Positions 27,274 to 38,885 are shown, counted from the stretch's first letter. The stretch is DNA of 64,000 nt from Octopus bimaculoides (GCF_001194135.2 NC_068994.1:17854558-17918557); one strand, 5' to 3'. Program-made: numbers and translations. The notes: a model not told the origin generated them from the letters alone.

Positions 27274-30200
27274 GATTCCATATAAATGTGGGACAGGCAT
27301 GAAACTCACCATCTCAGATTTTCACTAAATTTTGACCAGTTGTTCCAATCAGTAAGAACAGAAAAAGTGCAAAATTTCAGGCCCCCAGCTCCCAACAGTT
27401 CAAAAGTTAGGAGGATTTGAAATTTGGCCCAAATCACCCATTTTTAGACTAGCAGTGGCCATCTTAGATTTCAATGCCACAACAAATAATGTAATGACTT
27501 TCAATGCACATGGACTTTTTTCCTGAAAATTTGTACCTGATCATTTTTTGGGGTACTGAATCTCAATTTGAGGAGAAAAGAGTGTATTTCTCGCGGTAAA
27601 GTGTTTGTTTGCTTGAATCTATGAAAACATTTCACCATTTTCCCCTGACATTGCTGTGTACTCAAAGCCAAATTCTCAGAAGTGCCCATGTCCTACTGCT
27701 TTAAAACTTTTAGCACATAAACTGGACATAATCTTTTACTTGTGTGTGAAAAATCTCAATGGTACTCTCAAGACATCAACAATTTCAAACCACCAAGTTG
27801 AGCCATTCATTTGATATTTTCCAACCACAATCACAGGAAACACAGCAGTCAGAGGAAATTGTCACTTCTTGTTTTCTTCTTCAAATTCTGTTCTCACAAT
27901 GGTCATATAGATACAGCTGATTGTGGTGTTGGTTTGAGTTGTATTATTGTCAGTTCATCATGTATAAACATTCATCTTGGTCTGCATAATGTTTCCCTGT
28001 TATGAAAAGGGAAGCCACGTTTGTGATTTTAACTTTTCTTCAGCTTGTCTGTGTTTTGATCATCAGAGCAAGTGAATGATCTTGATCTGTCCCCAGTCAA
28101 GATTCACTCAGTCACTCCACATTCCAAGACTTCTCTTTGCAAGAGAAAATTGAAACAAGTTGAAGGTTCAGTTGCAAAGAAGCTTGCTTGTGTGCTAAAA
28201 GTCAACGATTCCAGTCTTCAAGAAGAAAAACCAGTGAACATTGGTAAAGAGACACAGTTATGAGCAAATGATCTAGATTACTTGGTGCAATGAAGGAAAA
28301 AATTAAAAGTGCTGGCCAAAAGCAAAAACTTCAGATCTTGACTTTGGTTCCAAATTTTTGGTCTGTAAGAAAAGCTGCCAAAGAATTCTGTGTGTTAAAA
28401 AAGTACCATTCAAATAGCCAGGTTGTTGCATGATAATAAAGGCATCATTGGATGTCCTGATATGACAGAAGACCAATCAGAAGATTCTTGATGCAGTTGC
28501 AGCTTTCTTTTGTGATGATGAATTTTCCAGGACAAATGCCTGGATAAAAAGATTTTGTCAGTGTGGGAAAGAACATTCATATTTCCAAATGATTGCTCCT
28601 TTCTAATCTGAGAGAACTGTATACTGCATACAAATTGAAAGATCCTGAACACATAATTGGCTTCTTTAAGTTTGCAAGTCTCCCTCCTAAATGGTGTGAT
28701 CTTGTGGGACCAAAAGGCTCTCATTTGGTGTGTGTATGCGCAATACATCAAAATTTGAAATTGATGCTGAGCTCCATTGGTCTGGAAAAGTCCTATCACC
28801 ACTTGATTGAAAAAATGGTGTGTAACAGAGATTCAAAGGAATGCATAATTCACTGCTGCGAAAATTGCCCAGCAATAGAACCAGTTCAGGAATTTTTGAA
28901 ACAACAAGGTGGTGCTGGAGAAGTTGAGGATGGTTATGCCACTGACAGTGATCAAGTTTCTGATGAAATTCAATTTAATGAATGGACAACAACTGGCAGA
29001 ACTGAACTCATTACTGTGTCACTGTCTGTTCAAGAATTTGTTGACCTGACAGAAAAAAATTGACAAAAATCACCTCACACTAATTCATTTCTCGTGCCCA
29101 GTCAACTTATTTGAAATACCTCAAAGAAACGATAGGGCCAAACAAGGCTATAGTTTTTACTGTGTCACTGTCTGTTCAAGAATTTGTTGACCTGACAGAA
29201 AAAAATTGACAAAAATCACCTCACACTAATTCATTTCTCGTGCCCAGTCAACTTATTTGAAATACCTCAAAGAAACGATAGGGCCAAACAAGGNNNNNNN
29301 NNNAAGAAATTTATCGAATTCCTTTGCTGCTATCCCAAATTAAAACATTTGTTCCTTTTCAACCTAGTAAACACATTTTTGCTGACAAATGTCCATCCTT
29401 TTTAGAGTTTTGACTTTTCATGGCTTGATTTAGGTGAATGTTGACTTTTTGGAGAAATCCGCTGTTTGCATTTCATACTCACTATGAGTGTTTGAGAATA
29501 CAGTACATTTTAAAACTTTGTTCAACAGATCATGAAAACTGCTGAGTTTTGAATTTCCATTGATTGTACCTGATTTCAAAATCTAGTGCTTACCACAAAA
29601 TGCTTTCATACTGCCTGAAACTGAGTGTTGTTGCAATACTAGGCTCCAGATTTCAGACCTACTTCCAGGGCACTGAATTGAAATAGCCAAGTGATAAGTT
29701 ATTGAATCAAACAAACCCCCTAATTTTCTTTCCTTGTGACTTTGTTTCACAAACAGCTGGTCTGAAAAGTTGTCTAATATATGCAACTGAAATTTATCTA
29801 CTGTTGTTTCAAAACAAAAACAAGCTTCATATCTGGTGTAGTTTTCTCTTGGCAGCCATTTAGCAATTTTGCTGAAGGTGAATAGACCAAAATATGGTGA
29901 AAATTCAAGCTCTTTTCAATGTTGCACCAACATGTTTTGGAAAATATTGGCTGCTCAGAAGTAACTGATGACAATATTTCTGGAAGAACACCATACAAAG
30001 CAAAATGTTTGAAAAAGATGGCATGCAAACTTTACTGATACAGAATGCATGACATTGTGTGCAGTGTTTCATCATGGTATAAATAATCCTAGAACTTGTG
30101 AAAATTTGGTGTGGATTCAAGAGTACAGTCTCTTGATCACAACAGGATTAATATGACTCAGAAATGTTATGTGTAAATGATATTAAGTCTGAAAATGATA

Positions 30201-32985
30201 TCTGTTGCATTATTACCTCTTGGACCATGATTTGCCATCAATACTGGATGCATTGATTGTCTTTAACTGACTGGTCAAACACAATCAATTTTCTGACACA
30301 TTTGCTTTTGAGAAAAATTCAAAACTTATGCTTCTGAGATGAATGATTATAACTTTTGATGTCTTGAGAGTATCATTGAGATTTTTCACGCACAAATAAA
30401 AGATTTTGTCCAGTTTATGTGCTAAAAGTTTTGAAGCTGTAGGATTTGGGCACTTCTAGGAATTTGGCTTTCAGTACACAGCAGTGTTGGTGGGAAATGG
30501 TGAAGTGTTTTCATTTCAATTCAAGAAAACATGCACTTTACCATAAGAAATACACTCTTTTCTCCTCAAATTCATGATTCAGCACTCTAAAAAATGGTCA
30601 GGTACAAATTTTCAGGAAAAAAGTCCATGTGGATTGAAAGTCATTACATTATTTGTTGCGGTATTGAAATCCAAGATGGCTGCTGCAGGCCTAAAGACTG
30701 GTGATTTGAGCCAAAGTTAAAATCGGCATAACTTTTGAACTGTTGGGAGCTGGGGCCTGAAATTTTGCACTTTTTCTATCCTTACTGATAGTAATAACTG
30801 GTGAAAATTTGAGATGCTAGGTTTCAAATTTCCTTTTTGTCTCTAAGACAAGGCATAAATAATGGTCATTACATATTTTTCTTTATTGTAGTAAATCAAA
30901 CTTAAAGCTTTTTCAATTGCATAAACTAAAAGTTGGAGGGCGATGAGATAAACTACCTGCATCAACTTGCTATAAAAGCAGGTAGTAATTTTACCTTGTG
31001 CTTATTCTTAGTACAAGTTTTGAAGAGTGCAGTTCGATTTTAACAGGTATTTTATCAAAGATATAATGGAAGTGGCAGAGGAACATATTCGGCATATTTT
31101 GCTTTGTGAGTTCAACAAAGACATCAATGCACCGGAAAGTGCGAGGAATATTAAATGCAGTATATGGGGATCAGACAATAAGCATAAGCCATTGTCAGTG
31201 GTAGTTCCAGAAACTGGAGCCTAGATGACGAGCCTCATCCTGGAAGATCTGCAAACCCTGGTGGAACAAAATCCCATTGTAACTGTTGAGGAACTAGCTG
31301 AAAAGCTTGGATTTGGTCATTCAAGTCGGCACTAGAAGAAAAACGACCATCTTTAGTTTCAAAACAGAAGGTGTTCTTCCATCAGGATAATGCTCGACCA
31401 CTTACAGCGAGGATGACATTCTAAAGGCTGGAGCAGTTTGAATGGGAAACAATGCCCCACCCACCATATTCACCAGATATTGCCCCATCTGATTATCATT
31501 TATTCCACAGTCTTCAGAATCATTTGGACGGAAAAAATATGAATTCTGTAGATGAGGTCAGAACAATACTGGAGGAATATTTTTCGTCACGGACAAGTGA
31601 AATTTGGAAGAGGGGCCTTGCAGTTCTACCAGATAGATGGAAGAGCATTGTAGAAAATAAAGGAGAGTATATTTTAGATTGAAAAAGAATTTTGTTTATC
31701 TTAATTTTTAAAAATAAAAAGTATAATAAAACCACATTATTTATGGGATGACTCAATATGTGCTGTACATTAGCTCATAAATAATAGTAATAATAATAAT
31801 AATAATCCTTTCTGCTAAAGGCACAAGGCCTGAAATTTTGGGGGAAGGAACTAGTTGAATACATCAACCCCATTGTTTCACTGGTACTTAATTTATCGAC
31901 CCTGAAAGGATGAAAGACAAAGTCAATCTCAGCAGAATTTGAACTCAGAACATAAAGGTAGAAGAAATGCCACTAAGCATTTCATGCAACATACTAACAA
32001 TTCAGCCAACTTGCTGCCTTGATAGAAATGATATTTTCTACTATAGGCACAAGGCCTGAAATTTTAGGGCAGGAGATAGTCAATTACATTGACCCCAGTA
32101 CTCAACTGGGACTTATTTTATCAACCCCAAAAGGATGGATAGCAAAGTTGACCTCGACAGAATTTGAACTCAGCACATAAAGACGGATGAAATACCACTA
32201 AGCATTTTGCCGAGTGCTAATGATTCTGCCATACTTGCCACCTTATAAATAATAATAATAACGACGATGATGATTATCGAGTCTCTTATCCAAGATGATG
32301 TATGAGCATTCAGCTTTTGCCAAACAATCTGCACAAATGATTTGTTTATAGTGATCAAATGTATGTACTGTACATTAGCTCATAAATAGTAATAATAATA
32401 ATAATAATGTTTTAACATTTTCTTTTATAAACAGAGAAGTGCAGTTTCCAAAGTAAATAACTCATTATCTGATATGAAATCAAAACATCATAATTTAGCT
32501 GAAGTATTGGATACAGTTCCGCATCAGATTGCTACTGAAGGAATTTTTCATTCAAATGATGAATCTTACATTGGTAATTATTCATTTCATTTATTCCCTA
32601 TTTTCATTTTTTTTTTTTCATTTTATCCAGTTTCAGCTCATGAGCTGTGGCCATGTGAATGTATTTTATTTTTATTTTGTGCAACTCCAAAATATGAGAC
32701 TCTACTTAATATTTCAGCCTTTCTGTTTTGGTGAATTTGTACTGCAGTTAGTATTAGTACTTTTGACGTGCTTCTACATTTCTGTTTATTTCATACTTCC
32801 TGCAGTATTTTTGGTCATATTTATTTTTCAACTTCGGACAGATGCAGGAGTGGCTGTGCAGTAAAAAGCTTGCTTCTCAATCACATGGTTCTGGGCTCAG
32901 TCCCACTGCAAGGCACCTCGAGCAAGTGTCTTCTACTATAGCCTTGTGAGTGGATTTGGTAGTCGGAAACTGAAAGAAGCTCATC

Positions 32986-33056
<71 letters not shown>

Positions 33057-34627
33057 CATATATATATGTATGTATTTGTGTGTCTGTTCTCCTGCCATCA
33101 TTTGACAACCGATGTTGGTGTGTTTATGTCCCTGTAACTTAACGGTTTGGCAAAAGAGACCAATAGAATAATTACTAGACTTACAAAGAATAAGTCCTGG
33201 GGGTTGATTTATTCGACTAAAGGCTATGCTCCAGCATGGCCTCAGTCAAATGACTGAAACAAGTAAAAGAATAAAAGAACATTGATGACAATATGAACTA
33301 CAGAACTTTGACAGAGATCATCTGGTATCCTATTGACTCAGCTGTACAAAAGACAGAAAGACTGAGGAAAAGTAAATATAGCACCTTGATAAAAAGAGGG
33401 GGTAGATGTGTCCAGTGTGTTTAAGTGGGGGTGGTACAGAGCTGGATATTTCAGAAAACTGGAAACTTGTCAAAAGTGTAAGAAATGACAGACAGGATGG
33501 GAATAGATTTTTAATTGTCAAGTGAAGAATTTGCTTTATATTTTATCTTTTCAGAGGCTGCTAAGGATGTGTGTGAAATTGAAATGAAATTTTAATTTTA
33601 GTTTTGCTTCTTCCGTTTTTTTTTTTTTAGATGATTTGACAAATAATTTTGTAGAAACAGAACAGCTTTTGGAGAAAATAAATGATGTAACCGAATCTAA
33701 GATGCCATCTTTGTCCTTGTACAATTCCCATTTGAAACATTTAGTTGAAACAATTTCCACAGAGAAAAGTGAAATTGTGCAGTAAGTGTCAATTTGGGCT
33801 TCAGTACTTACCACTTCCATCAATTTCTTTCCTTACAAAGTAATTAATCCATTAATTAAGCCATAAACATGTTCTTGTATCTATATAAAACTTAAGTGGA
33901 TATATCGAGATAAGACTTAAAAAATATGACCACAGGTAAAGGCATGACTGTATGGTTAGAAATTTCACTTTGCAGTCATAATGGTGTCAGGTTCAATCCC
34001 ATTGTGTAGCACCTTGGCCAAGTGTCTTCTATTATAGTACCTGACTGATGAGTGAATTTGGTAGACAAAAACTGTATGGAAGCCAGTCGAGTGTGTATGT
34101 ATTAATATGTGTGTGTATATATAAACTAATTAATTAATATGTATTTGTGTGTTTATGTTCCTTCCACATGGCTTGCCAGCCAGCATTGCTTTTGGTTGTC
34201 TGGCAAAAAAGATCAGTTGAATAAGTACTAGGGATGATGCATTCAACTCATCTCTTGAAGATCATGCCCCAGCATAGCTGCAGTCCATTTACTGAAGATA
34301 AAGTGTATTACTGGGGGTGGGGGACACAATTACTGTCCAATTCATGTATCATTGGCAAAGATTGTTTTTAAGCTCGTCAAAAATCTTGTTTTTTTAAAAT
34401 TATTATGTAATTTTCTATATAAGAGAAATATTGTTTTGTTTTAAATAATTTAACTTATGCATTATTAGAATTGCTCTCATTTTTCTCTCTTTTCTTTTCT
34501 CTTAAACCCTAGGATCAATGAGTTATTAGCTGCCATTGAATCTTTAACAATACAACAATCTTCTCTGAAGTTCCAGCATTTAGAAGAGGAAGTAGAAGTG
34601 AAATCTGGACTGATTTTAGATATTTGA
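5700..34627 (+). CDS. HAUS8: HAUS8/augmin subunit 8-like gene, copy 1 (5'-partial). Exons: 5700-5781, 8165-8352, 11054-11100, 12261-12333, 13449-13480, 16844-16911, 19656-19923, 21166-21254, 22947-23063, 27037-27156, 32435-32573, 33631-33781, 34513-34627
   Basis: All 13 exons have AG acceptors and GT donors (one GC), and their phases chain without a stop to TGA 34625-34627. The protein has [31 protein letters not shown] (QWRF-like helix) and [19 protein letters not shown]. These resemble recalled HAUS8 motifs (ESRYLQ; FATALDTTRHELPV). No database search was run. Confidence 0.8.
6007..6243 (-). mobile_element. SINE family D, young copy
   Basis: Core TTCTGAGTTCAAATTC..CCGAGGTCGAC..GATAAATTAAGTACCAG; many copies, e.g. 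3840, 4500-4920, 8430, 57706. Confidence 0.8.
6770..7105 (+). mobile_element. mariner 5' fragment (HTH region)
   Basis: [35 protein letters not shown] resembles mariner N-termini. Confidence 0.6.
7376..7694 (-). mobile_element. tRNA-headed SINE family C
   Basis: Minus-strand head GGAGGCGCAATGGCCCAGTGGTTAGGGC; copies at 21845, 39314 and 55513. Confidence 0.85.
8165..8352 (+). CDS. copy 1 exon B (0 to 2): [16 protein letters not shown]...[11 protein letters not shown]
   Basis: TTAG acceptor, CA|gtgagt donor, open frame; paralog at 56196-56404 shares CDSSKENR. Confidence 0.85.
9560..9960 (+). mobile_element. RTE-type LINE 3' fragment
   Basis: [29 protein letters not shown]; related fragment at 55010-55300. 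Confidence 0.7.
11054..11100 (+). CDS. copy 1 exon C (2 to 1): [15 protein letters not shown]
   Basis: ttttcag acceptor and A|gtaagt donor; phases fit exons B and D. Confidence 0.7.
12261..12333 (+). CDS. copy 1 exon D (1 to 2): [23 protein letters not shown]
   Basis: ctcttttcag acceptor and GG|gtatgt donor; decayed homolog near 58740-58803. Confidence 0.75.
13449..13480 (+). CDS. HAUS8: copy 1 exon E (2 to 1): [10 protein letters not shown]
   Basis: Poly-T + CAG acceptor and AAG|gtaggc donor; exon and both intron flanks align with 59117-59157. Confidence 0.8.
13730..14050 (+). mobile_element. RTE-type LINE 3' fragment
   Basis: [21 protein letters not shown]...LTQDNQQW in ORF 13741-14109. 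Confidence 0.6.
15728..16107. mobile_element. hAT-type MITE with 8-bp TSD
   Basis: CAGTTATTCCCAAC / GTTGGGAAACACTG termini; TSD gtttaagt / atttaagt. Confidence 0.65.
16844..16911 (+). CDS. HAUS8: copy 1 exon F (1 to 0): [23 protein letters not shown], putative microtubule-binding motif; GC donor
   Basis: ttctgcttttag acceptor; SRYMQ matches the recalled HAUS8/QWRF N-terminal SRY motif; AAG|gcatgt is the only nearby donor that gives the required phase 0. Confidence 0.75.
17082..17487 (+). mobile_element. SINE family A, full length
   Basis: Collinear with 14-406; GTAAAAGA-type tail. Confidence 0.85.
19279..19425 (+). mobile_element. short young 3' tail of the same LINE family
   Basis: Reverse complement of 25680-25820 with 3 mismatches; ends in (GAT)n. 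Confidence 0.8.
19656..19923 (+). CDS. HAUS8: copy 1 exon G (0 to 1): Ser/Asn-rich, contains [20 protein letters not shown]
   Basis: Long poly-T + CAG acceptor, T|gtaaga donor; same frame as ORF 19677-19940. Confidence 0.8.
21166..21254 (+). CDS. copy 1 exon H (1 to 0): [14 protein letters not shown]...LEEPE; alternative in-frame donor after 21266
   Basis: CTAG acceptor; paralog at 61002-61093 ([10 protein letters not shown]). Confidence 0.75.
21845..22138 (+). mobile_element. SINE family C, 5'-truncated
   Basis: Aligns with the reverse complement of 55513-55800. Confidence 0.8.
22947..23063 (+). CDS. HAUS8: copy 1 exon I (0 to 0): [39 protein letters not shown]
   Basis: TAG acceptor, GCA|gtaagt donor; resembles the QWRF/HAUS8 helix LLYNRYLQ; paralog at 62331-62447. 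Confidence 0.9.
23100..23880 (+). mobile_element. degenerate RTE-type LINE RT fragment
   Basis: [33 protein letters not shown] motifs with frameshifts. Confidence 0.6.
24095..25460 (-). mobile_element. older degenerate RTE-type LINE with 3' UTR
   Basis: Minus strand reads [26 protein letters not shown] near 24370-24450, followed by a UTR of the same family at 24095-24240. Confidence 0.65.
25670..26480 (-). mobile_element. young RTE-clade LINE 3' end (ORF2 C-terminus, 3' UTR, (GAT)n tail), spanning a gap
   Basis: ORF 26173-26529(-) [14 protein letters not shown]...[17 protein letters not shown]; the UTR is near-identical to 36618-36830 and 19279-19425. Confidence 0.88.
27037..27156 (+). CDS. 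HAUS8: copy 1 exon J (0 to 0): [40 protein letters not shown]
   Basis: AACAG acceptor, CAG|gtatgt donor, 40 open codons, coiled-coil-like. Confidence 0.8.
27195..27268. repeat. (TA)n microsatellite
   Basis: Direct reading; others include (TA)n 32988-33050 and 62482-62521, (TG)n 7738-7768, (CA)n 63348-63385. Confidence 0.95.
27270..30826 (+). mobile_element. decayed DNA transposon with about 490-bp TIRs (probably Sola-type), in copy 1 intron J-K
   Basis: About 27295-27780 is the reverse complement of about 30355-30826. Frameshifted transposase pieces at 28072-29060 ([10 protein letters not shown]...[13 protein letters not shown]...[12 protein letters not shown]). The left end GGG follows a (TA)n run. 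Superfamily call is from memory. Confidence 0.75.
30852..31759 (+). mobile_element. internally deleted mariner (Tc1/mariner) element
   Basis: ORF 31452-31682 [17 protein letters not shown] (YSPDxAPxD motif), HQDNARP upstream, N-terminal HTH remnant near 31080-31200; TIR-like CATAAATAATG / CATTATTTATG ends. Confidence 0.85.
31805..32260 (-). repeat. tandem pair of SINE D units
   Basis: GGCACAAGGCCTGAAATTTT at about 31820 and 32046, each followed by the same body. Confidence 0.75.
32435..32573 (+). CDS. HAUS8: copy 1 exon K (0 to 1): [46 protein letters not shown]
   Basis: AACAG acceptor, G|gtaatt donor; LDTxxHQI is similar to recalled HAUS8 LDTTRHEL. Confidence 0.85.
32841..33277 (+). mobile_element. 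SINE family A with expanded (TA)n
   Basis: Collinear with 14-406. Confidence 0.8.
33631..33781 (+). CDS. HAUS8: copy 1 exon L (1 to 2): [18 protein letters not shown]...TEKSEIV
   Basis: Poly-T + AG acceptor, CA|gtaagt donor; phases fit exons K and M. Confidence 0.85.
34513..34627 (+). CDS. HAUS8: copy 1 terminal exon M: [37 protein letters not shown]-stop
   Basis: Pyrimidine tract + TAG acceptor, phase 2 start, TGA at 34625-34627. Confidence 0.8.
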
Positions 34628-34698
34628 ATAATCTTTGTCATTAAATGGAAAAATTAATTTATTGGTTTTAATTCATTTTAAATAACAGTAATTCTAAG

Positions 34699-34704
34699 AA
34701 TAAA
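34699..34704 (+). terminator. candidate polyadenylation signal AATAAA of copy 1
   Basis: First AATAAA after the stop codon; the hexamer is common in AT-rich DNA. Confidence 0.3.
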
Positions 34705-36617
34705 CTATAGATGCATTTATACTATTCTAAAAAGAGAAAATATATTTTTACATTTTTTATCTTGTAAATTTTGTTCATCTATAATCCTTAAATTAAAAAA
34801 ATTTTTTTCTTTATTTTTTGCAATGCAAACATTGAGAAAATATTTTAATAGTCTATTTCATTATGAAGATTCATAGATTAATACATATTCTTTGAAATCT
34901 AAAGAAGATAAAATATTAAAATTAACATGTTCTTGTATTGAAGAAAAAAAAGTTAAGCAAGTTGAAAAGATTTTCTCATTTAAAAGTATTTTTGTTGTTT
35001 CTTTTAGTAAATCAACAAAATTCATTTTCTCTCAAGTTCATAAAAAAAAAAACATCCTATTTGGTAGAAATTGTATTTATAAATAAGTTGTATTTTTCTG
35101 AGAGAAGGTAAGACTATTGAAAAGGTTGCATGACGTAACGAAAATTTTAGGAAAATAAAAATAAGGAATAAGTGGAAATTTTACTGGTGAGTGTGTTAAA
35201 TTATAAGCACAAAAAGAAAATGACTCTCCCCAGACACAACAGAATATTTTAATCACTTTTTCACTAAGTGACTTCATGAGAATCATTTTGGTCTCTGGTT
35301 AGAAAACAATTTATAAATGAAGTCCTTGGGAAGGTGAAAACTGATTTCATGGTTCAAATTTTCATTATCATCATCATCATCATCATCATTTTTAACATTT
35401 GTTCTCCATGCTGTCATAAGTTGGATGGTTTGACAGGAGCTAGCCAACTGAAGAGCTGCCTGGGCTCCATGTCTGTTTTGGCATGGTTTCTACAGCTGGG
35501 CTCCATGTCTGTTTTGGCATGGTTTCTACAGCTGGATGTCCTTCCTAACACCAACCACTTTACAGAGCATATTGGGTACTTTTACACAGTACTAGCACCA
35601 GTGCTTTTACATGACACCAGCATAGGTGCTTCCATGTTGTACTGGCACTGGTGTGTTTTACATGGCACCAGCATCCATGAACCTGCAAGATTAGGAGCAC
35701 TCAACTGAAGAAGGATGCAAAGAACATTGTAATTTTATGTGAACATCAAGGACAATTTCTCAGACCCATCGGACGTTGGTCTAAAATGTCATTTAACTGT
35801 TAGACTATTTTCTTATTCATGCAACAGTATAGCTTTCATCCATCTGTCACTGTAAGGTATCTAGTTCTAGCTGACCTGTCTTAAGATGGTAAAGAAAACC
35901 AATAATTGCTAGATAGATAATAAAATGGTTGATAAAAGATCTAAAAAAGAGCTTATGTATGTTTTACTAAAATATATATATAAAATGAAATTTTAAAAAC
36001 CACTAGTCCAGTGTTAGGTGTGGCTGAGAAGCTTGCTTTCCAATCATTTGGTCTTGGACAGGTCTTCCATTATAGTCCCAGGCCAACCAAAGCTGTGTGA
36101 GTGGATTTGATAGACAGAAACTGAAAGAAGCTTGTCATATATATATGTATATGTGCGCTTGTCTGGACATGACATGATGGTTGTAAATAAGCATTGTCAT
36201 ATAAGAGAGGTTGTTTGTTATCAGTCTTCTGAAAAGCATGTTTAACTTGGAGAAAATATTACCTGGCTTAGAAACTGGTGAAGATTGGTGTTAGGAAGGG
36301 TATCTGATCATAGAAAATCTGCCTCAAATTTAGTTTATACTCCTGCAAGTATGATGATAGTTATATCCTCACTCCAGTGAAAAACTGGCTTTATATCATC
36401 AAAATAAATCGTTACTGTACTTAGCATTGAGTTGACAGAAATGTTAAAGTGTCTTTATAGTATACAAGTACAAGAATGATTTTCCAAACATTGGTCTGGA
36501 ATCTCATAGTCTGCGATAATTTACAAGCAGAAACTTTAAATTCCCACAACTGCTAGACTAGTATTCTGGTACCTTATATAGTTCAGTATTTATAAACTTT
36601 TATCATATTAACAAATA

Positions 36618-37015
36618 TCATCGTTTAACGTCCGCCTTCCATGCTAGCATGGGTTGGACGATTTGACTGAGGACTGGTGAAACCGGATGGCAACACCAGG
36701 CTCCAATCTAATTTGGCAGAGTTTCTACAGCTGGATGCCCTTCCTAATGCCAACCACTCAGAGAGTGTAGTGGGTGCTTTTACGTGTCACCCGCACGAAA
36801 ACGGCCACGCTCAAAATGGTGTCTTTTGTGTGCCACCCGCACAAGAGCCAGTCCAGGGGCACCGGCAATGATCTCGCTCGAAAAACCTCATGTGTCACTC
36901 GCACAAGAGCCAGTCCATGGGCACTGGGAACGATCTCGCACGAAAGATATCATGTGTCGCCCGCACATGAGCCAGTCCAGGGGCACTGGCAACGATCCTG
37001 CTCGAAAGATTTCAT
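36618..37015 (-). mobile_element. 3' UTR of the same LINE family, with three units of about 62 bp
   Basis: Near-identical to 25685-25899; repeated CCGCACAAGAGCCAGTCCAGGGGCAC units. Confidence 0.8.
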
Positions 37016-37559
37016 GATGAATGAATGAAAATATATATAATATTTTGCTTGGACATTACAATACCAATAACCTCGTTTAGAACTCCGTATATATATCTTC
37101 TGAACGAAGCCGTAGTCAAGTATAGAGCGGAAATAAAATGACAAAAGGATAAAATGATTTTCATATGAATGTCATTGGCTTGCAGCTGTTTCCACGAATA
37201 GATACGGTGGACTCATAGTTGAGTGATTGAATAACATCTTACAGTTTCATCAGAGCATCAAGTATTTTGAATATAATTGTATCTATATAAATGAAATTTT
37301 CTGTAAAGATTTTTAATTTGAGAATAATCTTCCAGTGATTCCTATAATAGGAAAAACAAATTCATTTTACATTCTACTTCTCTTTTTACTGTAAATAATT
37401 TTTTAAAATGCATGGAGATTGAAGCACACAAGTAATTAAAATTTTATGATTTTTATTTATAATAAATAATTCTGTTGACTTTTAATTATTATTGATATAT
37501 CATAACCAAATGCAAAGTACTTAATGTATACAACTAAAATGGTATTAAATCAAAATAGT

Positions 37560-38580
37560 CATGTGTACCATATCTAACACATATACACCATTGAAAGGCA
37601 TGATGCTGTAGTTTTTGTCTGAGAGAAAACCTCTTCATAGACATGTTTTTGAAAACTGAATATATATCAAAATAAGCATCCCAGCAATGAGAACATCAGA
37701 AGTATTTTGGCCTTGGGTTTTGTCAATGACATGTACCGGGTCATAACATGCTTAGACAAAAATTCACTTCACTCCAATATATACTGTGTATTTAACTATA
37801 TATCAGAAAGAAATTTTCTCTCAGACAATAACCACAGAATCATATCTTCCAATTGTGTGTATACATTAGGTATGGTACATAGATAGCTATCTTAATTTAA
37901 TACTGTTTTAGTTGCATAGACTATGTTTATTTCAGCCTGGCAAGCTTTCCGCAGTATTAATGAATATATTATTCTTTGTTCTCCATATGTGACAACCAGG
38001 CATACATCTTTGACAATGCCCAAGAAGACCAAAAACAGTCTGATGTTTCTGTTAGTCACTGCTGGAACAATGTTCACCTTGCTTCAATATATTGTTTTTA
38101 ACACGTTTATGAAGAGGTTTTCTTTTAGACAAAAACCCACAGCATATCTTTCACCATCCGACATTCTTTTGTCAACCCTAAAACACAACAATAACCTAAT
38201 TTCTATACTAACAATCTCAAGACCTGGACCTGACGTACGTAAACTAGACACACTTTGTTACAAAGTTATTTGCATGTTTGACTGAACCCTGAGCAATAAC
38301 AACACCCACTTCAAATAATAAAATCTTCCAATAATATCTTTCCATCAGCACCCACCAAACAAACATACTTACCTCCTACCTTCTTCCATCACACTACCAA
38401 TACATCTACTTCCCAAATGTATATACACCAAGCTTAATTATCATTTCACGTAGCTCCACTTACCCCAGAAATCAACCTACCAGAGATTATATAAAGCCAA
38501 GAGGAGCACAAATGTACCACAGTCCAATGAAGACTGGCAGGCTAAAACTTCAAAGCCACTGTCACCACTCTCTGAAAAGT
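37560..38580. mobile_element. cluster of Penelope-like GIY-YIG 3' fragments in both orientations
   Basis: CSFCLRENLFI (+, about 37605-37640), GFCLKENLFI (-, about 38105-38140), KATVTT (+, about 38553-38572). Confidence 0.5.
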
Positions 38581-38585
38581 ATTTT

Positions 38586-38621
<36 letters not shown>

Positions 38622-38664
38622 CAAGGTGTATGTACGCTGCTATATATATATATATATATATAAT

Positions 38665-38885
38665 ACAGAACGGGACAAGGATGTAAAACATCCAGACAGT
38701 TAGGTGATACAAGCAATATCGAGAATAGCCAGCCGAAATTGCAAAGATAATCTGGATCTCAACTGAAGAAAGAAAACTCAGAATGACCTGGCCTTGTTTT
38801 CTTTGTATCGTCTATCTGGATGTTTTGTCCCTTTCTTGTATTACCTAACTGTCTGGATGTTTTGCGTTCTTGTCCCATTCTGTAT
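38665..38885. repeat. inverted-repeat element between TA runs
   Basis: CAGAACGGGACAAG..CATCCAGACAGTTAGGTGATACAAG versus CTTGTATTACCTAACTGTCTGGATG..CTTGTCCCATTCTG. Confidence 0.75.

Noticed and set aside
29014-29293. Exact 134-bp direct duplication inside the transposon
   Set aside because: The copies are identical and abut a 10-N gap, so this is most likely a contig-overlap artefact.
32877-33137. [12 protein letters not shown] and THTHTH ORFs
   Set aside because: They are translations of microsatellites inside SINEs.
33555-33595. Alternative acceptor upstream of exon L ([13 protein letters not shown]-stop)
   Set aside because: It hits a stop after 13 codons, and the 33631 acceptor gives a continuous HAUS8-like frame. 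There is no support for its use.
36835-37015. CRISPR-like array
   Set aside because: Eukaryotic context; the units are whole tandem repeats with no unique spacers and no cas genes.
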